A DNA stretch of 64,000 bases from Octopus vulgaris. Its lineage: Eukaryota. The notes under the pieces are model-generated. The model was not told where the DNA came from, ran no database searches, and saw only the letters and a list, made by a program, of their open reading frames with translations. Both the position numbers and the translations under genes were made by a program. Below, piece after piece: positions 55,039 to 64,000 of this stretch. Where the stretch lies: positions 139,996,001-140,060,000 of the forward strand of contig OX597818.1 of the NCBI GenBank assembly GCA_951406725.2, in the 5' to 3' direction. Positions within the stretch are counted from its first letter, which is position 1; the number at the start of each line of letters is the position of its first letter.

Positions 55039-55431
55039 CTATGTTTGAATTTTGCTTTACGTTTGTACAAGTTGGCTCCAAGTCTCACCCAGAGACCTCA
55101 AGAGACAACCAGTTGGAAGTTCATGTTGGTGTTATGCCTAGGATGCCATATATTTGGTTTTGTACTTAGTGTTGTACTAGTGAATGTCTAAAAAAACATA
55201 CGAAAATTATGTTTGTTTTAAAACTTGAGATTACATAGAAAGTATTTTGCGTAGGATATGAGCATTTCCCATGAAAACTATCTTTTGAATTTCTGCCATT
55301 TTGGGGTTTCCGTGTATCTGAGTTAGGTAGCAATCAGCCCCTTTTGCTATCATTCCCAGGGCGCCTAGGACAACAGGTATTGTTTTAGTCTTCAGGTTCC
55401 ACATTTTGCTGATTTCTATTTCAAGATCTTT
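55039..55431 (-). mobile_element. R4/Dong family 2, heavily 5'-truncated (RLE C-terminus plus 3' UTR) in (TAA)n
   Basis: KDLEIEISKMWNLKTKTIPVVLGALGMI..IQKIVFMGNAHILRKILSM, with a 3' UTR distinct from family 1. (TAA)/(TGA)n lies on both sides. Confidence 0.9.
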
Positions 55432-55482
55432 ATTACTATTATTATTATTATTATTATTATTATTATCATCATCATTGTCATT

Positions 55483-57570
55483 TACTTTTAATCTGCATGT
55501 TTGATGCAATCACCTGCCGGGGCACACCCAGCGCCCTAGGGCAAGTGAAGGTTAAGAGTTGTTGAAATATAGCTGAAAGCTTGGGGAGGGGAAGTAGAGA
55601 TATATCTCCATGTAATGCAAACACAGACATTTACATTGATAGGGTTTTTCTAAGTATGTGGGCAGTACTTGTTAGCACAATCTTTTGGATTTCCTTGAGA
55701 CATGGTTTTCCAGGGATATTGTCTAGGTGTTTCTGACATCCCTTTTTTATCATACCTAGGGCACCTACAATAACAGGAACAGTTTTTGTTTTAAGATTCC
55801 ACATCCTCTGTATTTCGATTTCTAGGTCATTATATTTACTAAGTTTGTCAAATTCCTTGACAGATACATTTTTATCAGTGGGGACGCTTACTTCTATTAG
55901 TCTGCAGGTATTTTCTTCCCTGTCTTTAAACAATTATGTCTGGTCGATTAGCCTTGATCGTTCTGTCAGTGTTGACTGGAAAATCCCAGAGGATGGTGAC
56001 ATCTTTACCTTCAACAACTGGCTGAGGATGGTGTTCATACCAGTTAGCAGGAGTGTCGGATTTGTAGTGTTTACATATCTTCCAATGTATATACTGTCCT
56101 ACCCTATCGTGGCGATTTTTGTATTCGTTTGGTGTCAGCACAGGACATCCCGAAACGAGATGGTCTATCGTTTCGTCAAATGTGTCGCAGAATCTGCATT
56201 TAAGGTCAGTACCGTTTCGGAGAACGTTAGCCTGGTAATTTCTGGTAAACAAGCTTTGATCTTGTGCTGCCATTATGAAACCTTCAGTCTCTGCTTTCAA
56301 TCCAGAGCTCTTCAGCCACTGATGGGTTGTTGCTTGGTCTACATCAGCATTTTGGCTTCGGAGAATATATTGTCCATGCAGGGGCTTCTGGCTCCACCGC
56401 CTCTCAATTTGATTCTGCCCGTTCTTTTTTGCAGTCTGCTTGATTCGTTTTGCTTGCTTGGTAGCAGTGGTTTCCGGCTCTTCATCTGATTCAAGGTTAA
56501 TGTCTAGTTCCCTTTCGAACTTATAAGCTTCCTTGACAATAGAATGCAGCTTTTTGTTGCTTTCGTGTTCGCGCACAAGTCGCAGCATCCAGTCCTTTGT
56601 ACTAGATAGGTACCTGTTCATTCCTACAGTAGAGGTCTTATAGCACAGCTCTAATTGCATCATTCCTCTCCCCCCGCTGCTTCTAGGTAGGTACAAGCGG
56701 TCTACATCTGCCTTAGGGTGGTGCATGCTCTTGGATGTCAGTAACTTTCTTGTCTTCCTGTCTAAGCGTTGGAGTTCCGTAAGGTTCCAGTTAATGATAT
56801 TAAAACTGTACTGGACTACTGGAAGTGCCAGGGTGTTAATGGCCTCAATGCAATTTTTGGAGTTGAGTTCAGTCTTCAGTACAAGCCTTATTCTCCTATA
56901 GTATTCCTTTCTTATTTTTTCCTTCATAGTAGCATGATGTATACCATCTCCTTCGTTGATTCCTAGGTATTTGTAACTTTCCTGTGGGTCAAGTTCCTTG
57001 ATGGTAGTGTCAATATCTAATTTAACAGAAGCTGTTTGCCTGAGCTTGCCTCTTACGAAAGTTGCTTTAGCACACTTATCAAGGCCAAAATCCATTCCGA
57101 TATCATTGCTAAACTCTTTAACAGTTGTTAGCAGCCCTTCTAGCTCTTGGTCATTCCTGGCAAACAGCTTTAGGTCGTCCATATAGAAAAGATGGTTTAT
57201 TAATTTACTAAAAACTTTGTACCCATATCTAGTACTATCCAATTCGTTTGAGAGTGGGATCAGTGCCATGCAAAAAAGTAATGGAGAGAGGGAGTCACCT
57301 TGAAAGATGCCTCGTTTGATGTTGATGCTGTTGGACTGGCTCATCCCATTACTATGGCTTAGAAAGAGACGTGTGTTCCACATGGTCATGCTATTCTCTA
57401 AGAATTTTGAGACGACAGGAGAGATCTTGTATATCTCAAGGGCCTTGAGTATCCATTTATGTGGGACACTGTCATACGCTTTCCTGTAGTCTATCCATGC
57501 CATACTCAGGTTTTTGTTTTTGCTCCGGCAATTCTCTACAATCATTTTGTTTATGAGCAATTGGTCTTTG
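55483..57570 (-). mobile_element. 5'-truncated R4/Dong-type non-LTR retrotransposon, family 1
   Basis: RT, CCHC and RLE coding region plus a ~150-bp 3' UTR, flanked by (TAA)n on both sides. (TAA)n is the known target of Dong elements. Confidence 0.93.
55631..57568 (-). pseudogene. Reverse transcriptase-CCHC-restriction-like endonuclease ORF, N-terminally truncated with one frameshift
   Basis: ORF 55926..57560 has WIDYRKAYDSVPH, GIFQGDSLSPLLF, HLFYMDDLKL, CRFC..TIDHLVSGC and RPDIIV. After a 1-nt insertion at ~55929 it continues in ORF 55631..55933 (KDREENTCRLIEVSVP..K). Confidence 0.92.
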
Positions 57571-57809
57571 TTATGTTTATGAGCAATTGGTCTTTGTTTT
57601 GTTTATGAGCAATTGGTCTTTGTTTTGTTTATGAGCAATTGGTCTTTGTTTTGTTTATGAGCAATTGGTCTTTGTTTTGTTTATGAGCAATTGGTCTTTG
57701 TTTTGTTTATGAGCAATTGGTCTTTGTTTTGTTTATGAGCAATTGGTCTTTGTTTTGTTTATGAGCAATTGGTCTTTGTTTTGTTTATGAGCAATTGGTC
57801 TTTGTTTTG

Positions 57810-57814
<5 letters not shown>
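57545..57814. repeat. 10 tandem copies (plus a partial) of a 26-bp unit equal to the element's own 5'-terminal 26 nt
   Basis: The unit is TTTTGTTTATGAGCAATTGGTCTTTG. GAGCAATT recurs every 26 bp from 57555 to 57789, with one substitution at 57573, and the array grades into (TTA)n. Confidence 0.97.
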
Positions 57815-57868
<54 letters not shown>

Positions 57869-57877
57869 ATACATACA

Positions 57878-58358
57878 TGCTTAGCCGTATTTCGTCTGCC
57901 GTACGTTGTGAGATCAAATTCCGCCGAGGTCGACTTTGCCTTTAATCCTTTCGGGGTCGATAAATTAAGTACCAGTTACGCACTGGGGTCGATGTAATCG
58001 ACTTAATCCGTTTGTCTGTCCTTGTTTGTCCCCTCTATGTTTAGCCGCTACGTTCTGAGTTCAAATTCTGCCGAGGTCGACTTTTCCTTTCATCATTACG
58101 GGGTCGATTAAATAAGTACCAGTTACGCACTGGGGTCTATGTAATCGATTTAATCCGTTTGTCTGTCCTTGTCTGTCCCCTCTGTGTTTACTCCTTGTGG
58201 GTAGTAAAGAAATAGGTATTTAGCCTGCTGTTAAGTTCTGAGTTCAAGTCGATAAATTAAGTGCCAGTTACGCACTGGGATCGATATAATCGACTCAATC
58301 CCTGTTTGTCCTTGTTTGTCCCCTCTATGTTTAGCCCCATGTGGGCAAAAATAAATAA
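57878..58358 (+). mobile_element. Trimeric 5'-truncated array of SINE family C
   Basis: Three units with AAGT.CCAGTTACGCACTGGG..GTCCTTGT.TGTCCCCTCT.TGTTTA. Confidence 0.85.
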
Positions 58359-59489
58359 ATATTTTTATGAGATTAGATAAAAAGAAGCGCCTCTAATCGG
58401 TACAGGATGAATGCAACGACCTCTGCAAACACACAACATATTTAGGTTGATGTAACGCCTTCCAATGGAATGAAAATGAGCGCCACAAACTATCGAATCG
58501 TTAGTTTACTCCGTTTTATAGATGGCCATCTTCACCTTGGCTTCTCAAATTTATTTAACTTGCGTCACCTTTCTTTATTATTAACGCGTTTTCTACAACC
58601 CGCTGTTATAATGCAACAGAACGAAATGTATTTCATAAAATTACTGCTGACAGGTTCATAGCCTTTACATCACAGGTTGGCCATAAATTATTCCATCAAT
58701 ATATACGGTGGAATTCCAGTACTGCATTTCGGTCAAGATGTCTCGTATACTGTTTTAAAATTTGAAATATTTTTGAAACCTATACCAATCGCAAGAAGCA
58801 TTCATCTCCACACTTCTCTGTCCTTAGTACCAATATAATATTTTGCAAGGCTCACTGAGCCTGGAATCGCCTTCTTTAGAGAGCATTGTTCTGTGCTGGG
58901 CATATCAGAGTGGTTTGTTATCACGAGCGACTCTGTTTTGAGTTTAACAGACAACCTTATAGAATAGTTGCCTCAATACTCTCATTTATTGATATTTATC
59001 TCCAGGACAGAAAACATGCAAATTTTATTCCACCACCTACCACATGTTTGCGTTCTTATTTTTCTTCCTAAATGCGGACATACATTGTAACGCTCAGAAT
59101 TGAAGAACCTTCTGAAAACGAACCCCCAGACTTGTTTGCATAAAATAAATATTAGGGATATCTAACTGTTAATAATTCAGATTAAACCTATTTCATATGT
59201 ATATACGTTAGTTTGGAGATGATTTCTTCCCTTAAAATGGCTGCTTATTATTAGTCCTGTGCTTTTTCATTGCTCTGAGCATCGTTTTGATATTTTAGTA
59301 CTTCCTCACAGGAGAAAGAGGGATACACTTCACTGATCTGATAACATTTCGGCTTAAAGGCTGAAGGATTCATCATTATCATCGTCGCCGTCGTCATCAT
59401 TATCACCATCATTATTTGTAGGGATAGTTATTGAAAACAGGTTTCTGAAGAGGCTGATGTTTACTCGTTCGTTTCTTTCTTATAATTTC

Positions 59490-60022
59490 TTCTTTATTCT
59501 CCATCTCATTCTCCTCTTCTCCGCAGCCTTTTCTTCATCATCCTCATTCTTCTTCTACTTCTCCTCCTTCTCCTCCTCCTCCTCCTCCCCTTCTTCTTCT
59601 TCTTCATCTTTTTCTCCTTCTTCTCCTCTCTTCCTCCTCTTCTTCTTCTTCTTCTTCTTCTTCTTCATATTACTATTATTACTATTATTATTATTACTAT
59701 TATTATTATTACCGTTATTATTATTATTATTAATATTATTATTATTATTATTATTATTATATCCTTCTTCTCCTCTCCTCCTCCTCTTCTTCTTCTTCTT
59801 CTTCTCCTTCTTCTTCTTCTTCTTCTTCTTCTTTTTCTCCTTCTTCTCCCCTCCTCCTCTCCTTCTTCTTCTTCTTCCTCTTCTTCTTTTTTCCTTCTTC
59901 TCCCCTCCTCCTCTTCTTCTTCTTCTTCTTCTTCTTCTTCATATTACTATTATTATTATTGTTATTATTACTATTATTATTATTACCGTTATAATTATTA
60001 TTATTATTATTATTATTATTAT
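59490..60022. repeat. Compound (CTT/CCT)n and (TTA)n low-complexity tract
   Basis: Seen directly as two successive pyrimidine-tract plus (TTA)n blocks. Confidence 0.9.
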
Positions 60023-60552
60023 TTCCCCCCCTCTCATCATTTGTTACCGTCTTCTTTATGAATATCAAATTTATCAATCATCTTATATAACCATTGAGTA
60101 TAAAAAAATATATAAAACCCAAAATATAATAAAACTTTGATAGATGGCTACCGCCACGAATATTTTACTTTAGCTGTGTTATTTAAACTTCACTCTCGTT
60201 TCCGGTTTAAAGATTAACTGCGACAGTTTCGGCTTTGCTGATACATCATTGTAAGAATGTAGTTTGTAGCACATTGAAAAATTCTGATTGCAGATTAAAT
60301 TTCCCGGCAAACTAGCACGCAAAAAGCCAATGTTATTTATTCTCTTAAAAATTTCAACACATCCTTCATTCTTATCCGTTTTCCAGAATTTCCCATTTTC
60401 CACCTTTTTCCTTTTTTCCTCTTCATCTAGTATTTCCAGTCGAACCGTCCGTCAGCTTTGGAATAAATAAGAAATAGGTTATTTTGCAACTGGAATTTAT
60501 ATCCTTATATCCTTCTTTATAGGTATGTATATGCGTATATATATACATATTC

Positions 60553-60585
<33 letters not shown>

Positions 60586-60611
60586 TATATTTATATATAT
60601 ATGTGTATGCG

Positions 60612-60645
<34 letters not shown>

Positions 60646-60679
60646 ACCAGCTCCAGGAATGCGTTATATATATATATAT

Positions 60680-60731
<52 letters not shown>

Positions 60732-60885
60732 GTATGTATGTTTGTATGTACGTACATATAAGTATATATGTGTGTGGTGTTTGTGTGGATAAGCACAAAA
60801 TTATATCTATTTATACACACGCGCACACACATATACATTCACATAATACTTAAATATATAATTTATACATATATATACATACATA

Positions 60886-60919
<34 letters not shown>

Positions 60920-61001
60920 CTATATATATATATTATAGATATATATGTGTGCGTGTGCGTTTGTGCGTGTGTATGTATGTCAATGTATGAATGTATATAT
61001 G

Positions 61002-61037
<36 letters not shown>

Positions 61038-61194
61038 TGTATGTATGTATGCATGCATGCATGCATGCATGTATGTATGTATGTATGTATGTATGTATGT
61101 ATGTATGCATGTATGTATTATGTATATATTGCCTGCAAACAACGTAAACATTCAAAAGTTCGCTTTCTTTTTAGTTATAATTTTTTTTATATCG

Positions 61195-62343
61195 TAGATA
61201 GGTATTGTGCGCTGACAAAATAATAAATACTAATATATGGATCTCTAACACCACAAGAAAGTTAAGCAGGTTTCTTTTTTCTTCTAATAATTTTCGTGAT
61301 TTTTTTCTAGTTATTCTTATATTACATTGAATACTCCATGTTTGTATTTTTTTGCGTTTTCCATCTTTTCTATTCACTTTTCTCCATTTTCAGAATAACA
61401 TTAACTGGATCGATTAATATTTGCCATTGTGCTACATTGGTGGAACGTATCGAATACATTTTATAAATCATAAATCATAGCTCAAGATTACAATCGTGTA
61501 TTAATGTAGCTGGTTTCTATCAAATATTTCATTATATAGTTTATACTGTATTTTATTTCTTGTTATCTTAACAGACCTGTTGAATGCATTCCCGTAGTGT
61601 AGCCTAAAGCCTTATTTCATTCGATCTCCCGATTTATTATACACAGTGGTTTAAGAGCAAGAAAAGAAAATAACTACAATAGTATCTAGAGAATATTGCA
61701 TTATCATAAAAGAAAACCAAGCTAGTGTTAAATATTTTATTCTCTAAATATTTGATTTGCTATTGATAATTGTTGTGTATAAGCGCTGGGATCCTAGTGG
61801 CTAGTGATATCAGTTTATCAGTCAATAGTTCGAGACTTAGTATCACCCTATCCTTATGGTCAAATCTACTTAAACATCGCTCTTATTGAATAGCCAACCT
61901 AGGTAAAGATAAATAGCATGATAAAGTACAGGTTTTAACTGTAAACTTTGGCAAGATAGTTTCTGTTGTATTTCTCGAGGCTACGTTGGAAAAAGATGAA
62001 GTATTTTACGTTAAAAAATGTTTCAAAAATTTCTGAGACAGCTATGTATGCGTGTCAGTTTCTCTCTCTCTCTCTCTCTCCCTTCTCTCTCTCTCGCTCT
62101 CTCTCTCTCTCTACATATATATAAAATGTGAGACTGATACCTATCTTAAGCCTTCTACAGTGTATATTCAAATCTTACAGGCTTATACATTCTATATTTA
62201 ACAAATATAGATTGATGTACTCATTAGATATGAAGTGGGTACCAGTATTGCAATATATGAAAAACGCAGCATATTTTCAAAATATACCTTTAACTACGAA
62301 CATTGCACTTCATTTATATATATATATATATCTGTGTGTATAC

Positions 62344-62423
<80 letters not shown>

Positions 62424-62436
62424 CTATTGTTTGTGA

Positions 62437-62480
<44 letters not shown>

Positions 62481-63044
62481 CTACATCGTAAGGTTGAGCA
62501 GCTCCATGGCTGGCTTAAAAAATTTTAAGAAAGCGTGAATTTCTTTCTCATATTTACATGCTACACTTAGTGTCTCTTTTCTTTTCTTTTCTTTCTGCTG
62601 CATATGTCACAAAGACAAAGCTCACTAAAACCGATTAAATGGCCATCAGTCTTCCTTTACACGTTCATTTAATGTTTATATTGCAATGCTATCTTTTTTT
62701 AGCAAAGAGTCATAAAGAACTCCTTAGTCAAGAGAGATAACAGACGATAATATTTTGATTTTTATTGATTTCTAGAATGGAAGAAAATTCTGAAAACTTT
62801 CTATTTCCCCAAGAAGAAATGTTGTAAATAATCACACCTCAGCAAATTTGTTTTATATTAGATAGGTATTATGCGCTGACAAAATAATAAATACTAATAT
62901 ATGGATCTCTAACACCACAAGAAAGTTAAGCAGGTTTCTTTTTTCTTCTTATAATTTTCATGTTTTTTCTAGTTATTATATTACATTGAATACTCCATGT
63001 TTGTATTTTTGCGTTTTAGATCTTCTTTTCTATTCACTTTTCTC
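61195..63044. repeat. Pair of ~190-bp direct repeats (61195-61384 and 62859-63044)
   Basis: TAGATAGGTATT.TGCGCTGACAAAATAATAAATACTAATATATGGATCTCTAACACCACAAGAAAGTTAAGCAGG..TATTCACTTTTCTC is present twice with few differences. Confidence 0.9.
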
Positions 63045-63229
63045 TCAAAACTTGCAAGTTTGAATTACATCGTATTCTCTGCCTACATTGGATTAACAAT
63101 ATGTTTTAGTATTGAGTGACATGGCTCAAAAGAGTCACTATATTTTCTAACTTATTTCATGTCAATGATCTTTCCAATGTTATCGTGTACATTATCATGC
63201 AAACGTATTCTTAGTATCTTTACACCAAG

Positions 63230-63825
63230 CGCAAACAAGGAACCTTGATCACCACTACACAAGACAACCACAATCAACAAACACAGGAAGGCCTCCCATA
63301 AAGCCTGCACAGTTGTCACGCCAATATCTTTACTAAATATTGGGGGCCTCTTGTATCACAACAACAAAAGCAAAATTCTTTCCTGAGAAACCTTGCTGCA
63401 TGCACTCACGCTCTATACACAGTCATGGTTGAGATGCAGTATATATCCGTGAGTACCTCACACCCCAGGTCTTACTGTCATACTCACATTCAGTATGTGT
63501 CACTCTAATTGTATACATAAGACACTACAATAGTCATATGCAATACATATCACCCACCAGATGCTCCAAACCCCATAGACAAGTTTCAAGATTGCCTCAC
63601 ATGAATTAAAGAAATCCTCATGAAGCTGGAATACCAAGTGAGCGTATTTCTTATGAGTGATTTCAACTTCCCCGATGTCAAATGGCCCGATGGCCTCACG
63701 CTCTTAGGAACAGTCACCCTTGCTAAATACCCAAACGATACGAATGTCTCGCAGAAAATATAGGACCCCAGCGATGTTGCACACCTGCAGCAGGAGTTGG
63801 ACTCAATTTACAGATGGGCTGAGGG
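63230..63825 (+). mobile_element. CR1-type LINE relic with a large internal deletion (APE fused to RT fragment)
   Basis: LNIGGL..SKI..; ICNTYHPPD..FLMSDFNFPDVKWP (APE) joins directly to KYPNDTNV..LQQELDSIYRWAE, which matches RT YADDTK..LQ.DLD.IY.WA. Confidence 0.75.
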
Positions 63826-64000
63826 AGCTACACTAAGTGGATATATGTGCTTTCAAATCAAAATTGGACCTCTTTCTTTCGAGAGTCTCGGATGAACCTT
63901 TCTCGCGGCAATAGGTGCAAATGAGGGTAGAGAGATCAAACTTCCTTATTCACAAAATGCCATATTACAGGAGGCCCTCAATAATAATAAAGCAGCAAAA

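Noticed and set aside
55231-55509. ORF joining poly-N to an RLE C-terminus as a real fusion protein
   Set aside because: It is a fortuitous read-through from the family-1 3' UTR across (TAA)n into the truncated family-2 element.
55845-56489. 214-aa plus-strand ORF
   Set aside because: It is the antisense shadow of the Dong RT/RLE ORF with no motifs of its own.
57545-57814. 26-bp repeats next to a reverse transcriptase as a CRISPR-, retron- or DGR-like system
   Set aside because: The repeats are contiguous with no spacers and are the retroelement's own coding sequence. The RT is a eukaryotic R4/Dong type and there are no cas or accessory genes.
59457-60140. 227-aa ORF
   Set aside because: It is a low-complexity (CTT)n/(TTA)n translation.

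Overview
AT-rich, microsatellite-saturated eukaryotic DNA that is intergenic or intronic. I found no supportable host protein-coding exon. The SINE families and repeat landscape look like an octopus (coleoid cephalopod) genome, which is an inference from recalled repeat families and not a database result. Almost all listed ORFs are translations of (TA)n, (TACA)n, (TCTA)n or (TAA)n tracts or of SINEs. The real coding remnants are all transposon-derived. They are a young 5'-truncated R4/Dong-type non-LTR retrotransposon (RT + CCHC + RLE, 55.5-57.6 kb) with several relatives, an RTE-type LINE, a CR1-type LINE, several Tc1/mariner relics and Penelope-like (PLE) GIY-YIG fragments. There is also a non-autonomous Helitron and at least four tRNA-derived SINE families. 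The most notable structures are these: (1) the 5'-terminal 26 nt of the truncated Dong element are reiterated 10 times at its junction with a (TAA)n target; (2) elements are partitioned by microsatellite type, with Dong-like elements in (TAA)n and PLE/hammerhead and fold-back elements in (TA)n; (3) there are several hammerhead-ribozyme motifs; (4) divergent fold-back insertions recur; and (5) a SINE tetramer was inserted as one unit with a TSD and shares its tail with a LINE-like 3' end. All alignments were made by eye and boundaries are approximate.
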